Source: Alphaproteobacteria bacterium
Lineage (GTDB): Bacteria > Pseudomonadota > Alphaproteobacteria > Rhizobiales > Devosiaceae
Reading direction: 5' to 3'
DNA length: 50,783 nt
NCBI GenBank assembly: GCA_024279675.1
Contig: JAJRRG010000011.1
Span: 1 to 50,783, forward strand
The notes under the pieces: generated by a model
Seen by the model: the letters and a program-made list of their open reading frames with translations, nothing else
Told to the model about the DNA's origin: nothing
Database searches by the model: none
Program-made: the position numbers and the translations under genes
Shown here: piece after piece, positions 9,348-19,300 of the stretch
Numbering within the stretch: the stretch's first letter is position 1
Layout: each line of letters opens with the position of its first letter

Positions 9348-9959
9348 ATGAATTTAACAAGAAACACATTTGTAAGTAAAGATTTCCTGAAATCGATATG
9401 GGCAACCGAATTTGCCGCATTTGAAGGTTCTAGCGAAGAAGCCAAGCTTAGGGTGAAATTGCAAGCTTGGGCAGGCCGTACAGACCTTGGTGAAACATCA
9501 TCCGAAGCCGCATTTATCTCTACCTTTTTTGAGGAACTCTGGGGCTATACGCACAGCGGGCGCAATGACGGGTCGCCAGAGTACAATTTATACCCTCAAT
9601 ATCCAATAAAAGGCGCCGGTCAAAAAGGCGGTACAGGACAAGCCGATCTTGCCATGGGCTTATTTGGTTCGGAAAATATCTCTGAAACCCCTCAAGTTCT
9701 TTCGGAGTTCAAGGATATTAAATCCAATCTTGATGCTTATCAAAATCGGAAAGGAAACAACCGTTCGCCTGTGAAGCAGGCGCTAGACTATCTCGCTGAA
9801 GCACGAAGAGGAATGTACCTCACAGAGGCTATCGTTCCTACTTGGGCCATTGTAACGGATATGAACGAATTTCGTTTATATTGGTTTGATCGTGCACCAG
9901 AGCAATACTTATCCTTTGTGATTTCGCCGAAAGACCTTTTCAAGGCAAGGGACTGCTAG
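9348..9959 (+). CDS. N-terminal PD-(D/E)xK nuclease domain of an MmeI-like type IIG/IIL R-M enzyme, separated from the rest by a frameshift
   Basis: Candidate catalytic residues are D100 (QADLAMG) and E120-x-K122 (LSEFKD). The layout resembles MmeI-family N-termini (from memory). The ORF stops at TAG 9957-9959, while the downstream ORF's frame is already open from 9890. Confidence 0.7.
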   Translation: MNLTRNTFVSKDFLKSIWATEFAAFEGSSEEAKLRVKLQAWAGRTDLGETSSEAAFISTFFEELWGYTHSGRNDGSPEYNLYPQYPIKGAGQKGGTGQADLAMGLFGSENISETPQVLSEFKDIKSNLDAYQNRKGNNRSPVKQALDYLAEARRGMYLTEAIVPTWAIVTDMNEFRLYWFDRAPEQYLSFVISPKDLFKARDC

Positions 9960-10003
9960 AAAACACAAAAAAGGCACGGTTCGACCTGTTTCTTTTTTCG
10001 CGC

Positions 10004-13000
10004 TTGTTTCACAGAGAATTACTTCTCACTAAGGGGGGCAAGTCAAATCTTGAGCAACTTATCGCTCATCAATGGGTACAACAACGCGAGCTGGAAAATG
10101 TGTTCTACAAGGAATATCGTGCGTTTCGTGAAAAGCTTTATGAAACTCTTGTTGAAGCAAACCCGAACTTTCCCGGTACTAAAGGACGATTAGTTCGCCT
10201 CTCCCAGAAAATACTCGACAGGTGTATTTTTATCTTTTTCTGTGAAGACATGGGAAGTGCTCTTAATTACCCGCCGCAGCTTCTGCGCAACTTACTCATC
10301 AATGATAGTCGCGATGAGTTTTATGATCCAAATGAAAATACGATTTGGGCACGATTGAAAAGTTTATTCACATCTATGAATGAGGGATCGCCTTTTCGTC
10401 AGCATAAAATCAATCAGTTTAATGGTGGGCTTTTTGCCGAGGATGCGGAACTTAATTCTTTGGAAATTCCCAACCAGATTTTCTGCGTTCCAGGGCAAGG
10501 TGAAAACGAGGCCAGTTTATACTCTCACAAAGAAACGCTGCTTTATCTTTCAGCAGCTTACAATTACGCATCTGAAAGTTTGGATACGGAACAAGGTCAT
10601 ACACCGATCCTTGGTGATGCCGCCAAGAATGACCCGTCCAAGAGCCTTGGCTTGTATACATTGGGTCGAATTTTTGAACAGTCGATCACCGAACTTGAAA
10701 TCTTAGAGGCAAAAGCAGACGGCCTGCTTTCGGTCAATGAGGAAAGCAAACGTAAACGCGATGGAGTATTTTACACGCCTGAATGGGTCGTTGAAAAAGT
10801 TGTTCACCATACTGTCGCACCACTTTTTGACGAATTGAAAGCAAACGCTGGCTGGCCAACTAATGAGGAAAAATATCCAACCCCAGAGGCAATCAACGCG
10901 TACCGCGAAGAGTTGCGCAATGTAAGGATCGTCGATCCCGCCTGTGGATCAGGAGCATTTCTAATCACCGCCTTGCGTTATCTGGTCACCGAATGGCATG
11001 CACTGCGTGGGCTGGAAGAGATCGCTGCCCAAGATGAACTAAAAAGGGCGCTTTCTTCTAAGAAAGGTGTCACCAAAGCGCGCCGCAGGTTGAAAGACAC
11101 CCAAACTGTTAGAGATGACTCGGCTCTGATCAACGACATCCTGAAAGAGAACATATACGGCGTAGATATCAATCCGGCATCGGTTGAAATTTCCCGCCTT
11201 GCGCTATGGCTGCACACCGCGCGTGGCGACAAGCCTCTCTCTTCGCTTGAAGGCACCATCAAAACTGGCAACAGCTTGATTGGCCCAGATTTCTATGAAG
11301 GGCGCATGGACCTTGATAGTTATGATGCGGAGCAACGCGATCGAATCAATGCCTTTGATTGGCAGGAAGAGTTTTCTGATGTTTTTGCCAGTGGTGGGTT
11401 CGATGCCGTTGTTGGCAATCCACCCTATGTAAAGTTACAGAATTTTCGAAAAGTTCATGCCGATATGGCGGTGGCATTGAAAGTGCGGGGCGACGGTTCC
11501 GTTGCTTATGAAAGCACACAAACTGGGAATTTTGATCTCTACCTGCCTTTTATCGAACAGGGACTCCGGCTTTTGAATGAGCGCGGACGTATGGGGTATA
11601 TCTGCCCAAGTTTATGGGAGATGAATAAGTACGGATCCGGTCTGCGTGGTTTGATTGAACGTGGACGCAATCTGGAAGGCTGGATAAATTTCCGGGCATT
11701 CCAAGTTTTCGACGAAGCGATCACTTATTGCGCTCTTCAATTCTTTTCCAAGCGTAGAAATGAGGTTGTCAAAATCGCAATGGCCGTTGATGGTGAGGTT
11801 TCCGATAACCCGTGGCCTGACCATAATTGTGAACTGCCCTTCGAAAAAATCGGTTTTGAAGAACGGTGGCTTCTTCTGACTGGCCCAGATCGGCAGTTAA
11901 TCGACGATCTCTATGAACGATGCGAAAAGCTGTCAGACTACGTTGGGAATAACAATATTTCGCAAGGAATAATCTCTGGAGCATTTCCAATCTTTTCTCT
12001 TCGAAAAAAGGAAGACGGAAGCTTTTTGAACGAAAAATCGAACATTACACTTCCCAAAGATCTTCCGTTGGTTTTGAGGCTTGCAACTGGTGAACATATT
12101 CGGCGATTTGAGGAGCCCGATTCTGATCTGTTTATCATTTTTCCCTACGATTTTTACCAAGGCCGAGCAACGATTGTTGCACCAGATAAGTTCCCAACCA
12201 AGTATCCTGACGTCTTCAATTATCTAGAAAAATTTGAATCTGATTTGCGTAAGCGAGATTCAGGAGGGCTCGACAAACCAACATGGTATGAATACAGCCG
12301 AACCCAGAACCTCAACAAGCAACAACAAGCAAAACTGCTAATAGCCGGTACAGCACCGGGGCTTCGGGTCTCATTGGATAATGATGGCAGTATTGCTGCT
12401 AATGATAAACGTGTTTACACAATCACATCACAAGACGAAGGAACACTACTGTTTCTACTCGGAGTATTAAACTCAAAAGCAATAGACTTTGTTTTTCGCC
12501 GAATAGCACGCCCAAAAGTCAATAATTTCTTTGATATTGAAAAGCAATTTCTTGCACCACTTCCCATTCCTACAGCGGATGATAAGCGAAAAGAAAACAT
12601 TGCAGCACAAGCAAAAACATTGCAAAAACTGACGACAAAACGCCGCGATATGGCAATCCGCATTACTAAACGTGGCAGCAGTCTCAAAATCAAAAAACGC
12701 CCACTTCATTGGCTCTTCCCGGACTTACCATCGCTTGATGATTTAGAAGAGGCCGCACCGCAAGGCTCCGATACGCGAGAGCGTAAAGCTTGGGCAAAAA
12801 CCAAGCTTGCAGAGGCTATCACGGCAAAGCACGAAGAAATCACCGGACGTTTAAACCCAACGGCAGAGCTTTCTGCGCGGTTCAAAGATGGTGAGTTATC
12901 CTTCTTTGTGGATCATGTGTCTGTTGTATCAGATGTCTGGCTTGACGACGGCGAAGGCACTTTTATCGCTGCCCAATGGTCCAATTTTGCCGCAACATTT

Positions 13001-13225
13001 AACATCACTGAAAAATCCAATGGGAAACAACTGTGCGATGCGCTTTTGAAGGTCGGCGAAACTGACAACACTGCCCTGCGGGACCAAATCATCAAGCTGC
13101 AAGGCGAAATGGCCGCACTTGATATTGAAATTGCCGCCAAAGAACTAGCACTCGACCAAGAAATTTTTGACCTCTACCAGTTAACCGATGATGAAATCGA
13201 AATGATAGAGCAGGACCGTTTATGA
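10004..13225 (+). CDS. Type IIG R-M enzyme body: helical spacer, gamma-class N6-adenine methyltransferase, target-recognition domain
   Basis: ILDRCIFIFFCEDMG (spacer), YTPEWVV (motif X), DPACGSGAFL (motif I), NPPY at 11417-11428 (motif IV), followed by a long C-terminal TRD. The listed start is a TTG. The frame is continuous upstream to 9890, so this is probably one gene with 9348-9959. Confidence 0.85.
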   Translation: MFHRELLLTKGGKSNLEQLIAHQWVQQRELENVFYKEYRAFREKLYETLVEANPNFPGTKGRLVRLSQKILDRCIFIFFCEDMGSALNYPPQLLRNLLINDSRDEFYDPNENTIWARLKSLFTSMNEGSPFRQHKINQFNGGLFAEDAELNSLEIPNQIFCVPGQGENEASLYSHKETLLYLSAAYNYASESLDTEQGHTPILGDAAKNDPSKSLGLYTLGRIFEQSITELEILEAKADGLLSVNEESKRKRDGVFYTPEWVVEKVVHHTVAPLFDELKANAGWPTNEEKYPTPEAINAYREELRNVRIVDPACGSGAFLITALRYLVTEWHALRGLEEIAAQDELKRALSSKKGVTKARRRLKDTQTVRDDSALINDILKENIYGVDINPASVEISRLALWLHTARGDKPLSSLEGTIKTGNSLIGPDFYEGRMDLDSYDAEQRDRINAFDWQEEFSDVFASGGFDAVVGNPPYVKLQNFRKVHADMAVALKVRGDGSVAYESTQTGNFDLYLPFIEQGLRLLNERGRMGYICPSLWEMNKYGSGLRGLIERGRNLEGWINFRAFQVFDEAITYCALQFFSKRRNEVVKIAMAVDGEVSDNPWPDHNCELPFEKIGFEERWLLLTGPDRQLIDDLYERCEKLSDYVGNNNISQGIISGAFPIFSLRKKEDGSFLNEKSNITLPKDLPLVLRLATGEHIRRFEEPDSDLFIIFPYDFYQGRATIVAPDKFPTKYPDVFNYLEKFESDLRKRDSGGLDKPTWYEYSRTQNLNKQQQAKLLIAGTAPGLRVSLDNDGSIAANDKRVYTITSQDEGTLLFLLGVLNSKAIDFVFRRIARPKVNNFFDIEKQFLAPLPIPTADDKRKENIAAQAKTLQKLTTKRRDMAIRITKRGSSLKIKKRPLHWLFPDLPSLDDLEEAAPQGSDTRERKAWAKTKLAEAITAKHEEITGRLNPTAELSARFKDGELSFFVDHVSVVSDVWLDDGEGTFIAAQWSNFAATFNITEKSNGKQLCDALLKVGETDNTALRDQIIKLQGEMAALDIEIAAKELALDQEIFDLYQLTDDEIEMIEQDRL

Positions 13226-13246
13226 TGATCGAGTTGGGCAAATAAA

Positions 13247-15877
13247 ATGACTAAAGATGAAACCGTCAACAAATCCGATACTGTACTTGAAAAAATTATG
13301 TCTTGGTCCATCAAACGACCAATGTGGCAGCGAGATGCGCTACGCCGCATCGTAATCGACGGGTTTCCTGATGACCAAGCGATCAGTGAGATTTTAGCAC
13401 TGTGCAAGAAGGAACTAGGCGACGAGACTGTTACCATTAGTTCTTATCCTCTTTCCAAAGATCATTTGCCTGTTGATCCTGGAGTTGGCGAATCCATTGG
13501 GCTTGAATCTATTTCAAATGTTGTTGGAGTGAACCAGCTTGCGACTAGCCAAACGCTTCCATTTGAGACCAATGGCTTGACCATTATATATGGGCCTAAT
13601 GGTACAGGTAAGTCGGGTTACACACGGATACTAAAAAAAGCCTGCCGTTCGCGACATGCGGGCGATATTATGCCTGATGTTTATAATCCTTCACCAAAAG
13701 GAAACGCTACAGCTAACTTAAAGATTTCTCGTACAAACGGATCGACCGAACTAATCTCATGGGAAGATAATGATAAAGCGGCAGAAACCCTTTCCGCGAT
13801 CACCGTATTTGACAGAGACTCTGCATCTGTTCACATCCAAAAGAAGAATGAAGTTTGGTTTCGACCTTTTGGGTTGGATATTCCAGACGATCTTGCTGGG
13901 GTGTGTCAAGAATTAAAGCACCTCCTTATGTCAGAAAAGGAAGTGCTTGAAAAACAACGCAGCGACACATTTCTGAATCCCAGTTGGTCGAGCAGCTCCT
14001 CTATCGGCAAAACTATGTCTGCGCTTCAGTATGATACAGACATCTCGGCAATGGTTCCAAAGAAAGATTTTTCAGAAGAAGATGAACTCCGGCTAACAGG
14101 TCTACAGGTTGATTTGGCTCAAGATGGAGCCGTGGCAGCGGCCTCAAAACGGGACTATGCTACTCGCTTAGAACAGCTAGTTACTTATTTGAAAAAAATT
14201 GATGCAATAATTAATGATGCAGCATTAGTAGAACTGATTAAATTAAAAACGCGAGCTGATGAAACCAGATCAGTCGCCGATATCGCAGCAACCGATGCAT
14301 TTTCCGGATTAAGACTCGAAGGCGTCGGAGAAAAAACTTGGCGGACACTTGGGGAATCCGCTCGTGCCTATTCACAGTCACTCAATGAAGTCAGTATTTC
14401 TTTGCCACCTCAACAGGGTGAAGTTTGCGTTGTATGTCATCAAGAAATTGACGAACAAACAGCAGATAGAATGAGTGGTTTCGAAACATTCATAAAGCAA
14501 GACACAGAAACCAAAGCATCGGGTGCAGAGAAGGCACTCAGGGAAGCAGTCAACAACTTTAAAGCAGTAGAAATTCACATAGAAAAAGTGTCGGCAACTT
14601 GGCAGTTGCTACGTAAAAATAATTTTCCTTTAGCAAGGCAGGTTTTGAGATTTTTTGCCATTGCTCGCTTACGGCAACGCCAAACATTAGTACAAATTTC
14701 TGATAACAAATTGATTGGATTTACAATATTACCAGCGTCCCCAGAAGTAGATGTAAAAAAAGAAGCCAAGTTGACGCGAGATTATGCTGCTTCATTGGAT
14801 GCCGATGTGGATGATATAGCGAAAGAAATAATACTCAACGAATTGGCCAACCTTCAAGACAGAAAACAGGTGAGTCATTTACTAGAAATCGGTGAGGCAG
14901 AAATAACTCGTCTGAAAGAACTGCATCTAATTGAAGGGTGTTTGAAAAGCACAGCAACAGCAGCGATCACACGACTTGGAAATGATATAGCAGACGACCT
15001 AATCACACCGTTGATGCGCGATAGATTTCAAAAAGAAATCGTTGAACTAGCAGGAAATCGCGTACGGGTTGAAGTCGTACGATCCGGTGGAAAATTTGGT
15101 TCACCGCAGTACGAAGTGAAGCTCTATGCTAATCCTAAAACCAAGGGGCATGAAGTTCTAAGCGAAGGTGAACAAACTTGTGTAGCACTAGCTTCATATC
15201 TCACGGAACTTGCAAATGCCTCGCATACTTCCGCCTTGGTATTTGATGATCCGGTGACTTCATTAGATCATAGGTGGCGAGCAAAAGTTGCAAAACGCCT
15301 CGCAAAAGAAGCAGGTACCCGACAGGTCGTTGTATTTACTCACGACATGATTTTTGTAAACGACATGTTACAAATGGCAATTACAAAGAACATACCTATT
15401 GGCTTATCTCATTTATCACGCAGCCAAGATTCTGTCGGAATAGTGAATCCAAAATTGCCATGGACTGCATCAAGTGTACGTGACCGGATAGATAAACTTG
15501 AAAAGAAAGCAAGAGAAGCAAAAGTACTTTTTGATGCCCAAGACGACGAAGGATATAAATCTGCAGCATCATCACTCTACAGTAGATTACGGGCAACTTG
15601 GGAACGTGCACTTGAAGATATAGTATTTGCAAATGTGGTTATGCGGCACCGCGATTACATTGATACAAAAGGCCTAAAACGTGTGACCGCACTAGAGGCT
15701 AGCGATGTTGAAACATTTCAAATTAGTTTCAAAAAATGCTGCGACTTTGTTGATGCGCATGACCCTTCGCGTGGACATGACCCAGAGCCACCCGATCCGC
15801 AAGAAATGAAACAAGACATCGAAAAATTAAAAACGTGGTCGGAGGCATTACGAGCAAAGATGAATGCAGTGACTTAG
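13247..15877 (+). CDS. rloC: RloC/PrrC-like ABC ATPase (AAA_13 type) with coiled-coil insert, CxxC zinc hook and C-terminal putative anticodon-nuclease region
   Basis: Walker A GPNGTGKS (13592-13615). C394-V-V-C397 (14426-14437) lies midway between Walker A and LSEGEQ/Walker B (ALVFDDP)/FTHD. It starts 21 nt downstream of the R-M gene. Confidence 0.65.
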   Translation: MTKDETVNKSDTVLEKIMSWSIKRPMWQRDALRRIVIDGFPDDQAISEILALCKKELGDETVTISSYPLSKDHLPVDPGVGESIGLESISNVVGVNQLATSQTLPFETNGLTIIYGPNGTGKSGYTRILKKACRSRHAGDIMPDVYNPSPKGNATANLKISRTNGSTELISWEDNDKAAETLSAITVFDRDSASVHIQKKNEVWFRPFGLDIPDDLAGVCQELKHLLMSEKEVLEKQRSDTFLNPSWSSSSSIGKTMSALQYDTDISAMVPKKDFSEEDELRLTGLQVDLAQDGAVAAASKRDYATRLEQLVTYLKKIDAIINDAALVELIKLKTRADETRSVADIAATDAFSGLRLEGVGEKTWRTLGESARAYSQSLNEVSISLPPQQGEVCVVCHQEIDEQTADRMSGFETFIKQDTETKASGAEKALREAVNNFKAVEIHIEKVSATWQLLRKNNFPLARQVLRFFAIARLRQRQTLVQISDNKLIGFTILPASPEVDVKKEAKLTRDYAASLDADVDDIAKEIILNELANLQDRKQVSHLLEIGEAEITRLKELHLIEGCLKSTATAAITRLGNDIADDLITPLMRDRFQKEIVELAGNRVRVEVVRSGGKFGSPQYEVKLYANPKTKGHEVLSEGEQTCVALASYLTELANASHTSALVFDDPVTSLDHRWRAKVAKRLAKEAGTRQVVVFTHDMIFVNDMLQMAITKNIPIGLSHLSRSQDSVGIVNPKLPWTASSVRDRIDKLEKKAREAKVLFDAQDDEGYKSAASSLYSRLRATWERALEDIVFANVVMRHRDYIDTKGLKRVTALEASDVETFQISFKKCCDFVDAHDPSRGHDPEPPDPQEMKQDIEKLKTWSEALRAKMNAVT

Positions 15878-16377
15878 CGTTAGAGGGAGAGGTTTCAAGG
15901 GGCGCGATAGCCCTTTGATCATGGCGAGCTTTGACAAGTTGGCGGCATCCAAACTGCGTAGGGTTGGGCTCAATGGAATTGTCTGGTTTCATAAGGGCAG
16001 GAACGCCCTTAATGTCAATGGGTGTAGGGAGAGTGAAATCTCCTTACGAGTGGGTTTCAACCGGCGATACGGTTGGTGGTGTGGAAAGACTCATAATGAA
16101 ATGACTGAGCCTGCACCGCGCCACAGGCCGGAGGGGATACAACGGGGAACGCGCCAGCGGGTTCCCCTTGTCGAGATGGTACTGCTTGACCCTGTTAAGG
16201 GTTCGGACAAAATGTAATTTTGTCTGACAGTACACATCTTGCGGAGCGCGTTATCTTAAATTTCTGCTATTCTACTTACTTAAAGCGAGGGTCATGAACC
16301 GATCCACATGCACCGCATTTTCAGCTCACATATATGCTCTATCATGTCGTACGATTTAATAGCGCAGACGGGAAAGT

Positions 16378-19300
16378 TTAAATAATCAAGTTACCTGATG
16401 CTTCCAAGGCAACCTCATCGGTGAGGCCGGTAACATGAAACATTCTGGCGATTTGAACAAAATTATCTCCGCCACCATCGGCGTCAACAGCCAAGAAGCT
16501 ATCGACTGCATCTTCGGTAATTTGAACGAATTCCGTTAGATCATCCGTCGATGAATTATAAACTGAAAGTAAATCAGATATATCCAGTACATCATTATCG
16601 CTAAGCTTAAAATCTTGTATGCGGTCATGAATAGTAAATGCGCTTGCAGCTTCAAACATGAATGTATCCGCCCCGCCTTGACCATATAGAGCATCATTTC
16701 CGCCCTGACCGTACAGGATGTCATCGCCATTACCGGCAGTTATAGTATCATTACCATCCCCGCCATAAAGGATATCATCGCCGTTACCGCCATTGATATT
16801 ATCGATGCCGCCACCGCTATAAATTGTGTCATTTCCGTTATGACCTTTTAGAGCGTTTGATGCGGCGTCACCGGTGAGTACATCATCGGCGCGTGAACCA
16901 ATTAATCTTTTGACAGTAGTGAAGGTATCATCGGCGATATTATCATTATTTTTATCAACACTTCCTGCCCCAATATCAATGTTAACCGCCGTGTTCACAT
17001 AGGCGTAAGATATTGTGTCATTTCCGCTTCCGCCATCTACGAAACTTGCCCCCTGCGCGCCCAATAAAAAGACATCATTATTTGCGCCGCCATAAAGCGT
17101 GTTGATTCCGGTAGTAGAATACAGAGCATTAAAAGTATCATTACCCGCTTCGCCATAGGCCGTATTCACACCATTTCGAATAGAAATTCGATCATGACCT
17201 GCGCCGGCGTGAATGACGTTATCATTACTATCGCCCCAAAGATTATCTGACCAGTCCGAGCCAATTAAGTTTTCTATATTGACGAGCGTATCACTACCGC
17301 CAAGCCCGTCATTGCTGGCTGTTCCATTTATTAATTGAGCGGTAACCGCAGAAGTTGCTCCTGCATAAGATGCGGTATCATTACCCGCGCCACCATCAAG
17401 GGTATCATCGCCTGCGCCGCCCCATAACAGATCGTCACCATCCAAGCCGCTGATAATATCATCATCAGTCGTACCGGTTAGCGTGTCATTACCGGGCGTT
17501 CCAATAATATCATCTGTCTGTAAAACACCATCAACATAAACATCCATGATTTCAAAGTCAGACAAGAGCACGCCCGTGCTTGTGGTTACCGCTAAGCCAT
17601 CACTAATTGGGTCTGCGCTGACATCAAGAAATGCTGGGTAGCTGTCAAGTTCTGGCTGATAAACAGCATAGTCTGCCGCGGTTAGATATAGTTTTAAGGT
17701 GTCGGTTCCAACCCCAGCAAAAAGATAATCAAAATTGCCGGTGTTCTCGGCAACATTATAAGTGATCGTATCATCACCATCGCCGCCGTAAACATAATCA
17801 ACCCCTGCGCCGCCATCGAGAGTATCGTTGCCATTACCACCCGTAAGCGTATCTCCGCCAAGCCCGCCGTTTATGGTGTTGTCATTGGCATCGCCCGTGA
17901 TGTTATCGTAAAAGGATGATCCAATAATATTTTCAATATTGATAAGCGTGTCTTTTCCACCATCGCCATCCTGCACTGTTGTACCCGCATCCAAATCAAC
18001 AATTATTCCTGAAATTGCAGCGGAGTAATCGGCGGTATCAATTCCTACGCCGCCGTCTAATGCATCATTTCCTTGGCCGCCAATCAGAACATCGTTATCC
18101 GCGCCACCTTTAAGAGTATCATGGCCAGTACCGCCATTTAATGTATCTGCCCCAGCGTCACCATTAAGAACATCATTCCCATCGTCACCATTTAGGATGT
18201 CGTCACCAAGGCCGCCGTGAAGCGCATCATCATCACTGCCACCATTTAATGTGTCATCATCGTCTTCGCCGAATAACTCATCATTCCCGTAGCCACCTAA
18301 AAAATTATCATTGCCCGCGCCGCCGTGGAAAATATTTGCATTAATATCACCGGTAAACATGTCCACAAAAGCAGAGCCTGTCAGGTTTTCAATGCCGGTT
18401 AAAGTATCACTTCCGCCAAAGCCATCGCTGGCGATGCCAGTTGATAGGTTTACGTTTGTCGCTGAACTAGACGACGAATAATTGGCTGTGTCATTACCCA
18501 AGCCGCCATCAAGAGTGTCATTCCCACTACCGCCGACAAGCACATCATTGCCTGCACCGCCATAGAGCGTATCATCTTCGCTACCACCATCAAGATTATC
18601 GTTGCCAGCCCCAGCACTTATAATATCATCACCTGCGCCACCAATAATCACATCATTGCCATAGCCAGTAACAACAACATCATCGCCCACCAAAGCATCA
18701 ATATTATCATCCCCATTGGTTCCAAGGATGAAATTATTATTGCCATCAATGACATTATTATAAATCCAAGTCAGGGTTTCAAACCCTATAGCTTGCAAGC
18801 TGGTCGCCGCACCAAAATTTAAGGTAAGCTCAAACGCATTACTCGCTCCACTTGAAGGCGTTACAAAATCATCAAGTTGTTTTTGATATTCAAGCCTTTG
18901 TTCAAAAAGTGTCGCAACTTCGGCGGCGGTCAAATTATTAGCCACGAGGTCAGCTTCACTCGCTTGAATTTGCAGGATATCAGCACCCGAACCACCAACA
19001 TATTTATCATTCGCACCAATATTGTCGGTGAAATTATAGATTAGAGTATCATCATCCGCGCCGCCGAATAGCTCATCATCCCCCGCACCGCCCGTGATCG
19101 TATCATTACCAAAACCGCCAAATATATGATCTTCTCCGCCAAGCCCATAAGCAGTATCATCACCTGCACCTAGATAGATATCTTCCCCAAATAAATTAGT
19201 TCCGTGAACGGTATCATCGCCATCAAACACCATGATGCCATCGCCGCTCCCTCCGCCTCTGAAACTTTCAGTTGAGGAAGTTAAGTTAACCGTATCGTCC

